From: a virus
Lineage: Duplodnaviria > Caudoviricetes
DNA: 36,179 bases
IMG/VR virus record: IMGVR_UViG_3300005805_000230
Span: 1-36,179 of that record
Reading direction: 5' to 3' (one strand)
Positions 17,829 to 28,700 of this stretch are shown here, in pieces; position 1 is the stretch's first letter, and each line of letters opens with the position of its first letter. The position numbers and the translations under genes were made by a program. The notes under the pieces are model-generated. The model did not search any database and was not told the DNA's origin. It saw only the letters and a program-made list of their open reading frames with translations.

Positions 17829-17842
17829 CCCTTCTCTTTTTT
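17811..17842 (+). terminator. Terminator between convergent blocks (possibly bidirectional)
   Basis: GAAGGGCT-aaat-AGCCCTTC followed by TCTTTTTT, at the junction of converging genes. Confidence 0.7.
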
Positions 17843-20800
17843 AGTATCCTCTATCAATTTGGATGTCCCAATCTTTTCTAAAGTCTTCATCAAAGGTAGC
17901 TTGCATCAGAACGTATTCTTTTGCTACAGGGAAGAGTCTGAAGAAATATTTCATAGGCTTGGCTTTTTCTGACCATTCTTCTACACCAAAAGCTTGACCA
18001 GCCATCTCTTTACTAAAGGCTCCTACAAACCGGAACATATCCTCAGCTAATCCAATAACCGGCAACGGCTTGTTAACTAACTTAGTAAACTCAAGCGGGC
18101 TATAGTAGAATCCAAACTCTGAAAAGTACTTCTTCAAAGCTCTAGCTATGTACTTCTTTTGTCCTGCTGTCTCAGCATCATCGTCTCCAGAGTCAGCTGG
18201 GATACTATAAATGGCAGTAGCAAAGGCTAGAAGTACACCAAGCTCAGTCATAGTAGACTTAAGGTTACCTAGATACATATCTATAAACTCACCTTCTGTG
18301 ATATCAAAAGCCTCACCTTTCTCATAGGCCTCACGTCTTAATCTCTGATAGCTATCTCTAGCCATCTCTACGGCATTAGACCCAAAGCCGGTTATGATAG
18401 ACTTAAGCAGCATTGGAAATCTTTTAGAAAACAGATCTCCAAAGAACTGGTTCAGTTTACCGTATGTCCAAGTGTCCAGCTCTGGATCATATTGAAGACC
18501 ACCAAATCTGTCTTCCACCATCTCAGGCATCCAGTTACGGAACTGCATTAGGGCTGTTCCTAATAGTGTAGTACGGATACCATTGATATCTTCTTTATTG
18601 TTGGCACCTAGTATCTTTTTACTAACACCCTTAATCTTACTACGGAAGTCAGCTAAAGCCTGGCTATCCTTTTCTATTCCTGGTATTGAGAACTTACCTT
18701 TCTCATCTAGCTTACCTATAGCCAATAGACTACGTTTGTCTTGAAGTTCCTTTACCTCAGCATCTATCTTAGCTCTTGTAGCTTTCTGTTCAGCGGCTGA
18801 TAGATTATAGAAGTTATCATTGTAGTTATACTTGTCTTTTACAAATCGTTGAATATCAACTATCTTCCCGTCTTCTACCATGTGATTTATCATCATAGAT
18901 ATAGCTACAGGATACTGTACTGCTTTATCAGACATCCTTTGAATAACAAACAGATTGTCATCTTTCAAAAGCTTATTAGTAGAAGAGAGTGATAGATTAT
19001 CAATCATCAGTCTTTCTGTTCCATCCTGAAGAATATTCAGATAGACCAAAGCTGATTGAGCTTTCTTATTACCTGCAACCAGGCCCATAGATCTGGCCCA
19101 GGTCGTCTTTGTAAAGAATACATTCTTCTGGGCCATGAACAGAGCATTACCTGTACCACCAACAAAGTTAGCTGTACCAGATATTACGTTAAGACCCAGA
19201 GTCTTCAAGCTAAAATATCTCATAGCAGCATTCACTGACTTCAACAATGAATACTCTTTACCAAATACTGTTACGGCTTTATCATTGAACCTTCCATTGA
19301 GACGGTCATAAACATAGAAGTTTACAAAGTCTTCTAGTAGTCTAGCATTACGGTCATTCTTTTTCTCAGAGGTTCTCTGGGCTTTACCTCCAGAGGTTGC
19401 AATGTTTCCAAAGTTATCTGTAATCAAACTCTCTTTATTCTTCTCAACCTCTACTAGTAATAGAGCATCATCTTCTATTGACTGCATGGCTTCAAAGTTG
19501 TACATATGAGCAGCCCATACACCAAATACTTTGAAGAGATCTCTTGACTTCTTAGAATAGTCTACCGTTCCGTCTTCTTTTTGAACACCAATATCATTAG
19601 TAAAATAAACAGGGATACGGTTGATCACCTGACCAGTGACTGGATCAGTCTCAGGAGTATACTTACTACCACTGTCTACCTCCAGGTTTTCAAATATACC
19701 TGCTGTACTGAATATATTTTTAACGTCCCCAAATACTAATTGGTCTAGCTTAGAGGCATATACAGAAGGAATAAAGTGGGAGCTATACTTATCAATCATC
19801 CCCATTCTCTCAGATGTTCTCATCAACTTCTGGAAATAGTTATACACTTCTTTAGCTGGACGGTTCTCAGGTTTATTAAGGTCTATCCATTTTTGAGTGT
19901 GCCACTTCTCATTAGCTCTTAGGAATCTATTACTCTTGTTAAACAGAGCTTTGATATTTATCTTACCGTCTGGATCAATTACCCGGTTGCTTTCAATCCA
20001 ATCGTTAATCTTCTCATTAATGATTCTCTTATTCTCTTTCTCTTCAGCAGAGTAGACAATCTTATTAAAGAACTCTCTTTGTCTAACAAGAGCTTCTTCA
20101 AATCTTTCATCATCATAAGTCATGTTGTCAACCAGCCAGTCACCATCACCGTCTTCCAATGCTTTATCTCTGAGTTTATAAAACTCTGATTGAAAGACGT
20201 TTACAAAGTTTCCGTTCCAGTTTCCTTTCTCGTCAATCTGGAGCATCATCTCCATAGCTTTTTCTGGGCTTATACCTTTTGAGCTAGCCCAGTCTATGAA
20301 CTTCTTCTTAAGATCAATTAGTTCATCAGCTGTCTGCTGGAACTTAACATCTCTGGTATTCTGGGCTATCCTCAACATCTTTGAGAAGAGTCTGAAGGAT
20401 TTCTGAGTGATATTACTAAGAGAAGCAAATAGTCCTTTAAGAGTACCCACTGCTTTTTCTGGGTCAAGTATTTTCATTATACCATTCTTCTCTCCAAGAA
20501 CTTTAGCCTGCTCATCACGGTATTCTTTAACTTCTTCTATAAGAGCGTTAACTGCTGTAGCCATCTCAAGAAACTTAATGTTTGTCTCTTGAGCTTCCTT
20601 GATAGCAGCCTTGTCATCAGCATCTACATTCTTCATCATGTCCTGATTCATACTAAGAAGGGTTACCCCACTGTCACTAAACACCTGAAGTATACTCAGG
20701 GCCTCAGGGATATCTTTACCAGTGAGCGTCTTACTATCTAGCTTGTCCTTGTACTTCTTATACTCGGCTAGTCCTAAATCAATTAGCTTATCAAAATGAC

Positions 20801-22772
20801 CCTTTAATTGAAGGTCACGTATAGCAACTCTAAGCTGACCTAGTTCCTCACGTCTGGCTAATAGTTCTTCTCCTCTAAACTTAGCTTGGTCAATCTTATC
20901 ATAGATACCGTACAGTTTTTCAATCAACCTGTCCAGCTTTGTGTCACCTGTAGCTTCTGTACGAAGAGTGACAGGGAGCAGATAGCTTTTATCTTCTGGT
21001 ATCTGTGTAGGATCTAGTGACCCCACTTCAATAGATTTAATTTCTGAAGGCTTACCTTCAGCAAAAGCAAACTTAGTAGCAATAGGAATGGCCCTTATTT
21101 TTCCAAACTTCTTGAATCCATATTGAAGCTCTAGTATCTTACGATAGTTCTCCAACTGGATTCTATACATTGGTTCCTTGTATGTTTTAATATCAGTCTG
21201 GTCAAAGTAGATTTCCTGACTCTTCCAGTCATACATATCTACTTCTCCGTCTTGTTTAACAATCAACAAGTCTATAGTACCACCAATGTTATTCTTCTGG
21301 TCAAATATTCTAACCTCTGAAAAGAACCTGGTTCCTGGATCATACTCAGCCATAATACCAACAACAAGATCATCAAGAATCTTGTAGACAGAAGCAGGTA
21401 CTCTTGGAGTGATGTTACTCTGAGTCTCACTAATAGTTCCATCCTCATTAGTGTAGCTGTTTATTAAATCTTCTATTTGGTCATGTATGACATCACCAAA
21501 CTCAGCCTTAAGCAGGTCAACTATCTTCTGTAATTCACTACGGCTATCTGTTTTGAATATCTTCTTCAGCCATCTATCTACATAGTATGTTGTAACAGAA
21601 CCTTTAGCTGCAGTGCCTTTGTAATTATATACGTGTCTCTTCTGTCCAGTACGGGCATCCACTGTGTCATCAAATGTAATGTTGTCTTGGTCATTCAGCA
21701 ATCCTTGTAACGGGTCAACAAGACTGTAGTATTCTTCGTCTTGTAAAGGAGCCTGTATGTCTATGTTGTTTATATTACCAAGGTAGATTTGTGTAGCGGC
21801 ATCCAAGAAAGGATTAGGCTCAGCTTGTACAATTGACTTCACATACTCCCAGAGTTTCTGCCACCATTTAATAGCAGTCTCTAATTTTTGATCTGTCTCA
21901 TTCCCCGGATCCATGTTAATGATATGCTCAGCTATAAGTTTACCCATAGCCTCTCTCTTAAGCATGTCATAGTTTGGAGTGCCATCAGCATTCTTAAAAG
22001 CCGGCTTGTTCTTATACTGCTCAACCGTCTTCTCATAAATCTTATAGCTAGTAATCTTGTTATACATCTCCCTGTATAAGGGATGTCCTTCTCCAAGCAT
22101 AGCTACAAAGAAGTGAGCAGCCTCTTCAGGTAGATCATCAAGAGCTCTAGTATCATTAGTAACCTCAATTACTCTATCAAGCATCTTAGCTTTTGACCTA
22201 GCATCAGGTAATAGATTCCCGTTCTTATCTCTGATTTCATCAACCGTCTGGATACGTACACCAATCTTTTCCAGATATCTGTCCATACGATCCTTCAGAG
22301 TGAGGCCGGCTTCTTTTACTTTGTCAGTATCAGACATCTCCATCATCTCATCAAACACTCTGTCTGCTGTAGTAAGAGGTTCTTCTACTACTTCAGGACT
22401 AACAGGAGAAGCTAATTGAATATCTTCAATCTTTATAGGTTCAATAGATTCATTCTCAGCTTCATCAGAATGATATATATCATGTTCTTGTTGGAGCTCT
22501 TGAAAGAAGTCTTCATTAGGAATAGCTTTTGGAACACTCATAATACCCTCTCTAGCTATGTTATTAGGAGCGGGAATCATACTAGGCACATCTTTATATC
22601 CTCTAGTAAATAGTTTACCAGTATTAGTAACACTATATTTGTCTCTGGCTAAATTAGACAAATCATTATTCAGCTTGTCAAACAATTTATTATCAAGGAT
22701 TCTCATGTTACTACTGATAGCACCCTGCTTAATAAAGTATTCTATAGTATTTTTTCTAACTACGCAGCTCAT
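17841..22772 (-). CDS. Large putative virion cargo/ejection protein (1643 aa) with PD-(D/E)xK nuclease domain and a degenerate zincin-like motif
   Basis: SVT, GDVIH, SE, GTIDLL...YDWKS, Y..QL..Y nuclease motifs; LPEEAAHFF...REAMGK; helical C-terminal half (ALMQFRNW). It follows the RNAP gene, as in crAss-like phages. Confidence 0.75.
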   Translation of the reverse strand: MSCVVRKNTIEYFIKQGAISSNMRILDNKLFDKLNNDLSNLARDKYSVTNTGKLFTRGYKDVPSMIPAPNNIAREGIMSVPKAIPNEDFFQELQQEHDIYHSDEAENESIEPIKIEDIQLASPVSPEVVEEPLTTADRVFDEMMEMSDTDKVKEAGLTLKDRMDRYLEKIGVRIQTVDEIRDKNGNLLPDARSKAKMLDRVIEVTNDTRALDDLPEEAAHFFVAMLGEGHPLYREMYNKITSYKIYEKTVEQYKNKPAFKNADGTPNYDMLKREAMGKLIAEHIINMDPGNETDQKLETAIKWWQKLWEYVKSIVQAEPNPFLDAATQIYLGNINNIDIQAPLQDEEYYSLVDPLQGLLNDQDNITFDDTVDARTGQKRHVYNYKGTAAKGSVTTYYVDRWLKKIFKTDSRSELQKIVDLLKAEFGDVIHDQIEDLINSYTNEDGTISETQSNITPRVPASVYKILDDLVVGIMAEYDPGTRFFSEVRIFDQKNNIGGTIDLLIVKQDGEVDMYDWKSQEIYFDQTDIKTYKEPMYRIQLENYRKILELQYGFKKFGKIRAIPIATKFAFAEGKPSEIKSIEVGSLDPTQIPEDKSYLLPVTLRTEATGDTKLDRLIEKLYGIYDKIDQAKFRGEELLARREELGQLRVAIRDLQLKGHFDKLIDLGLAEYKKYKDKLDSKTLTGKDIPEALSILQVFSDSGVTLLSMNQDMMKNVDADDKAAIKEAQETNIKFLEMATAVNALIEEVKEYRDEQAKVLGEKNGIMKILDPEKAVGTLKGLFASLSNITQKSFRLFSKMLRIAQNTRDVKFQQTADELIDLKKKFIDWASSKGISPEKAMEMMLQIDEKGNWNGNFVNVFQSEFYKLRDKALEDGDGDWLVDNMTYDDERFEEALVRQREFFNKIVYSAEEKENKRIINEKINDWIESNRVIDPDGKINIKALFNKSNRFLRANEKWHTQKWIDLNKPENRPAKEVYNYFQKLMRTSERMGMIDKYSSHFIPSVYASKLDQLVFGDVKNIFSTAGIFENLEVDSGSKYTPETDPVTGQVINRIPVYFTNDIGVQKEDGTVDYSKKSRDLFKVFGVWAAHMYNFEAMQSIEDDALLLVEVEKNKESLITDNFGNIATSGGKAQRTSEKKNDRNARLLEDFVNFYVYDRLNGRFNDKAVTVFGKEYSLLKSVNAAMRYFSLKTLGLNVISGTANFVGGTGNALFMAQKNVFFTKTTWARSMGLVAGNKKAQSALVYLNILQDGTERLMIDNLSLSSTNKLLKDDNLFVIQRMSDKAVQYPVAISMMINHMVEDGKIVDIQRFVKDKYNYNDNFYNLSAAEQKATRAKIDAEVKELQDKRSLLAIGKLDEKGKFSIPGIEKDSQALADFRSKIKGVSKKILGANNKEDINGIRTTLLGTALMQFRNWMPEMVEDRFGGLQYDPELDTWTYGKLNQFFGDLFSKRFPMLLKSIITGFGSNAVEMARDSYQRLRREAYEKGEAFDITEGEFIDMYLGNLKSTMTELGVLLAFATAIYSIPADSGDDDAETAGQKKYIARALKKYFSEFGFYYSPLEFTKLVNKPLPVIGLAEDMFRFVGAFSKEMAGQAFGVEEWSEKAKPMKYFFRLFPVAKEYVLMQATFDEDFRKDWDIQIDRGY

Positions 22773-22786
22773 TGATTATTAATTAT

Positions 22787-25700
22787 TTAACAAGTGAACG
22801 GATCTTTTTTATTTAATGCTTCTGGATCTTTACCCCAGTAGTTATATCCTTTAGATGTCTGACCAGTAGGATCACCGAGAGCTTCTTGTACAAGAGCCTC
22901 ACCGGTTTTATTCCATGGTCTATTAGCATCAACTGTAGAGTCCATGATTACAGTACCACCAGCTTCCAGGATTTCCCTTGCGTTCTCAATAGTATTATCT
23001 ATAGCTTTTTCAGAGGCTCTATTATTACCATTGACACTGACAAAGGCTATTGTCTTCTCATCATATTCTCCCTCATAGTTAACAGCTATACCCTGTCTAC
23101 GGGCATCCTGTTCATACTGAGCTGTACTAGTACCAGGAGCACCATATCCAATAAATCTGTTAGCAAGACTAGCCTTACCTTGGTCTTTAACCTTCTTATC
23201 TATAGTAAGCTTAAAGCCAATCTTACCTTTCTTAATTTTAGGAGCTGGGCCAATCTCTTCAATGTCCTCATATTCTTTTTCAGAGTCTCTCATTTGTCTA
23301 ACAGAGAATTGGTTTCTTCCAAAGTTTGTAACCCCTTCTTCTTTCTTACCACCAAAACGAGCAGTGGTGCTATTATTAGAAGGTATAATTGACTCAGCAT
23401 CAGGATCACCGTAAATCTCTAACATCTTTGCACCATTACCCATCCTAGGAATAGGAATATAGACCATTCTGTTATCCTTTGCAGAAGCCCCTGTAAATTT
23501 AAACATGACTGGTTCAAATGCTTCAAAGCCTCTGTCTTCTTTTTCCAGACGTTTCATACGAATTTTACTAATTCCTTTCTTCTTAACATATTTAATTAGA
23601 TAGTCATACATGCTGTCACGACTTCCAGGTTTTATGTAAATATTTCCAGTATTAGTTATTTCACTCGACTTAGAAGCCTTAGGAACAATAGATCTATTCT
23701 TCCAGTTGTTCTGATGGAAACTTCTCCATACATCATTAACATCTATACGTACACCCTTATCTTCAAAGTTAGTCTCATAGATATCAAATATCTTCTTGAC
23801 CAACTCAGTGTATGTATTGATACTCAACACTTTCTTATAGTCTGTATAGCTAGCTTGGAAACCTGACTGAATGATATTGAACTTAGCTAGGTTTTCTACA
23901 AAGTCTAGTAAGTCTTCATCAGCTGTATCCTCAGCATAAGACTTAAGATTCTCCAGAGCATCAACAATTTTATTAGTCTCAAAGGTATCTATTCTATTCC
24001 TAAATAAGCTCATGCTATCAGTCTTATTAATATCCTCTGTAAGTGATGGCAGGAGTTCCTTAATTATAAGATTGTCAGCTATTCTAGAATCTCTTGAGTC
24101 TTTTAAGTCTTGAAGCTGCTTAGGAATAGTATTATCTCCTTTAAAGAAATCTTCGTATAGAATATTCAGCATCTCTGGTTCACCGTTCCTATTCTTATAC
24201 TCTGTTGTATGTAGGATATAAGCCAAGATGAAGTTCTGATATCTATTCAGAAGATTCACGGTGTCTTCTTTGCTGCCAAAGTACTCTGGATTACTAATCC
24301 TTTCTTCCAATGGAGCAAAGAGCTCTTGGATTTCTGGTCTTAGGCTTATAAAGAAATTACGGAACATTACAGGAACATCTTCCTTCTGCTCCTTCATTTC
24401 TCCCAAGAATGTATTTTCTAGAATAGCTTCAGGATTAGCTATAAAGTCCTGGTTCTCAGACTTTTTCCATCTAAGAAGCTGTAGCATATTCTCTTGCATA
24501 TTCTTAGTGGAAGCCGTATCATAAGTGATAGCCTGCATGAAACCACCAAGCAGTCTAGCTTGAGCTTCATACTCTAAGTAGTTCATAAGAGCTACTATCT
24601 GGAATGCAGCGTCAGCTTTCTCACCGGCAGCAACATTAGACTTAAGATCTTTCAGACTAAGTTTATCATACTCCTCATTCAAATCCATAAGCTTTTTAAC
24701 AGCTCCTTGTTTAACTGGATTAGCAGCTAACACACCACCATTTTCAAAAGCATCATCAATCTCACTTTCAATGTTTACCCCAAATACTTTTTCATAGTAT
24801 GGACTAACAATATTCCAGAAGAGTTCCTCATTAAATAGGGTTTGATTATTAGCTCTTTTAAATAAAGCTCTAGTCTTAGACTGCTTAGCAAAGAACTTAT
24901 CCATAATTGGTTGAGCAAATAGATAAGCAATCTCTTGAGCAGGAACCCCTAAATGCTGAAGATAGAACCAAGTACCAGCACTCTCCATAGAAAGGTTAAG
25001 ATCAAATACAAATGGATCCTTTGCTCCATCCACAAAACCAGAAAGAGATTCACCAAACATATCTGAAATCATTGTTCCTAGTGTATCAGTTCTATACCCA
25101 ATTTTATAAAAACCTTGTTCATCAGCAGGATAATGACTAAGTTTAATATCTATATTTTTAGTATCCTGGTATTTTCCATAGGCACCCTTTTTCCTTTCAA
25201 GATTTTTGGGCATTAGATAATGAATTCTCTTTGTAGAGAACTCAGGATTAATCTTAAGTCCACTCACCTGAGCCATAGTATGAAGAGTGGTATGCAATGC
25301 TGCTATACCCACCATCCTTTTGGCAGTAAGATATCTTTCTCTGATAACACTGGATCCTATAAAGGTCCTTAAGAACGTATAAGAGTCTTCGTCTTCCTCA
25401 CGAGCAGTACCTGCTTCAATCTTAGCTTTCTTAATATCAGTGGCTAGCTGCTTAAGGTTTTCTGTAGCGTTAGGAGTTACAAGCTGAGCATAGTATTCAG
25501 GACGGGACATAATCTGCTGCATGATGTCCACCAACTTATTCTCTAAACCAGCTTTAGTATTAGAGTTTGGTGTAATGTACATCAAGCGTTTAGATCCTTT
25601 ATACTGAGCATTATACTTAGTGAGGCTAGCTTTAATATCTTCAGCAACATCAAAAGAATCCATATCAACCACCTCAGCCAGACTGTAAGCTGCCCCTTTT

Positions 25701-28700
25701 ATAATCTTACCTCTCTCTGGGTAAGTGGCTTGGTTAATCTTCTTAAGCTCAGCCGGAGTAAACTGCTTTAACATAGCTTGAGCATCCTTCTTACGGAAGC
25801 CTCGGCTAGTTAAGTCTTCTATCATAAAGTCAGTGAACTCTTTACCAGAGTATTCCTTACCTACTAGTTCTACGGAATACTTGTTTAGGTACATAAAAAG
25901 TTTATCTATATCAAAGTCAGATCCAGCCTTACCAACAATCTCCGTAGGTACCACAATCATATCACCATTAGCTGCAGGAGTAAATCCTTTGATAACGATA
26001 TTCTCAATCATGTTAGGACCAGACGTAGGAATACGGTAGGCTATAGCTTTATAAAGATTAGAATCAATACCCTTGATACCTCCTTTTGGAATCTCATACA
26101 CACCATCTTTAAGCTTGAGTCCTAATTCTTCAGGAGTCACCTCAGCAAAAGGCCAAGAGATATAAACCTCCATTGCCTGGATTACACCATTCTTCTTAGT
26201 GTAGAACTTCAGATTATTGGACGTGAGTTTGATGCTGTCCTTTTCTTCTTTAGACATTGAGGCCAAAGCCTTCTTACTCACTGGGATGTAAGCACCATTC
26301 TTAAGGTATACATAGTTCCTTGGGTCCACCTCATATCCTGTATTGGGAACCTGAGGAGATGACTTACCAAATACTTTAGCAGATATAACTCTTGAGTCTA
26401 CAATGGAGTTCAAAATATTATCTATCTTCTCTCTAGTAATGATAGTATCAAAAGGATACTTTATGTCTTGAGTGCCATCCTGGTTCTGAAGAGCATCAAT
26501 AGCCAGAATAATATTATCAGGAAGATCACGGGATACAGCCTCTCTTCTAAGAGCAATAATCAGACTAGCCAAATTAGTAGACTTGTAGCTACCATTAGAC
26601 TGTCTTGTAAGACCAAGCTCTTTAAGCAAGCCTTCTTTATTAACCTTAGTGAGGGCTACTAGTGTATCATTATAGCTCTTGATTAGATTAGCAAGCTCTT
26701 TGTTATTCTTAATAGGCTTACCATTCTCAAACAAGTTAGCCATAATCACCTTGGTAACCTGCGTACCTCTTACAACAGAATTCTTTGGCTTAGCATGCAC
26801 CTCCACTTGTATTCCATAAAACTTAGAATAGATGTCTAATGAAGGCAACTCTTTTGGAAGAATGAAAGTATTCTTGGTCTTGCTCACTCTAACATTAGCC
26901 TTACCGTCTAAGTCATAGAAAGGAACCATGTCACCATTATCCATGGTCATGGCACCCACCTTCATACCACTTTCAAATCCTATTATATCCACTTGACCAT
27001 TCTGGGCAGCTACATATAATGGCTCATACTGAGAACCCTCAAGGTGCCTATAGAACTTAGGCTGAATAGCATGCTTTAAGAATACAGGGTGAGTGATTCC
27101 CTCTGTCATTCCATATCCAAAGTATTGAGGCTTAAGCACTTGGAATACATAACCAGGGTCTCCCTTGGCTACTATAGCTTGGGCAGCTTTAAGTTCTTCC
27201 TTAGTATACTTTTTATAAGCAGGATCAGAGGTAGGCTTCTTACTTCTAGCTACTTTCTCATAGGCTATCTCATAATCCCATTGACGTTCCTGGTCTGGTG
27301 TAAGCTTATTACTAGTAAACAGCAAGTCCCTAAGACCATCAGGCATAACCCAACCTATACCATCTGGTTCATTCAGATTGATATAAGTCTTCATGGCTCC
27401 AGTAAATCTACCTTTGCTGTCTTTTACAAAGCCACCGAATTTATTATTCTCATTAAACCAAGCACCGGTTTTTCTACTAGCCTCTCTTTCAGACATCCCG
27501 CTATCAATCATCTCAGCATAAATACCTTCAGCTATGTCCTGATAGTACAAACTAATAGCAATAGGGTCTTTATAAACAATTGTTCTAGTAGTCTGGTGAA
27601 TGTCATCAGCTCTAGACTTGCCGTCATTCCTCACCATGTTACTGTCCATCCAGGCTACAATGTCTGTATCATCTACAATAGTTTCCTTTGTAGAGGTAGC
27701 ACCGTTAGCTCTCTTAGCCAACTGATTGTACATAGCAGGGTGACCATAGATAAGCTTGTGCTGTTCAGTGAGAAGAATCTCTTCATTAATAGCCAAGTAT
27801 CCAGCTAGAGACCGCATATCTCCTTCTGTAAAAAAGATTCTTTCAACACGCTTATAAACAGCTGTCCTATTTTTTCTTTCTTGATCTGAAAGCTTTAAGA
27901 AATCAGCAAGAGCTTCATTATCAATAGCATCAGTAAGATATCCAGGAGCTGGAACATCCTCTACAAATTCTATAACATCCATGTCTTCCAAGAAGGACAA
28001 CGTCTGATCCATCTTATCATTGACATACTTAAATATATCACTAGTAATAGCACGGTTGTTCTTTTCTATAAACTGGATATGAGCATCTTCTCCTTTATAC
28101 TTTTTATCCTTAGGCTTCTCACTTAACACTTCAGTCTTAAACTTATCAATAAGTTTAGGGCTAAGAATATTTTTAAAGTGAGCAAGATCTAAAACTTTAT
28201 TCTGATAATACTGAATGTATACAGGATCATTAGATTGAACCAAAGCAGCAGCCATCTCGTCTTCTAACTGGGCAACATATTTATTGATGATAGATTTCTC
28301 TACAGCATTGTATATCATGCCTTCAGCCTCAGAATCTACGTCCTCTTCTCTAAGAGCTAATAGATTACGGATATCTTGTGTTGTCACAAGTCCTTTACTA
28401 TTAGGCAATCCTAAACCAAACTCTGTAGACTTATCAGAGTTGATATTAGAGAACACCGTATTGTTCATTAGGAAGTGTACCTTATTAGCCACCCTATCTG
28501 AAAGCTGAAGCTTAGCTGTTACAGAACCTTCAGACTCAGAAAGGCTTATACCAGATATCACCTGATATGTAATTTCAGCTGTTTCATTAGCAGTTCCCTG
28601 CCTTCTATTTCCTTTTTGGTCAAAGAGTATTCCACCCTTTTTAAGTAGTTCTGAATTGGTCTGATAAGCATTAAGCACAACATCTCCCTCATCATTAATA

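Noticed and set aside
27089-27808. 239-aa plus-strand ORF, and other antisense ORFs such as 22886-23392, 35304-35699 and 3723-4082
   Set aside because: These are shadows of long real genes on the opposite strand, with S/F/I-rich unnatural composition and no motifs.
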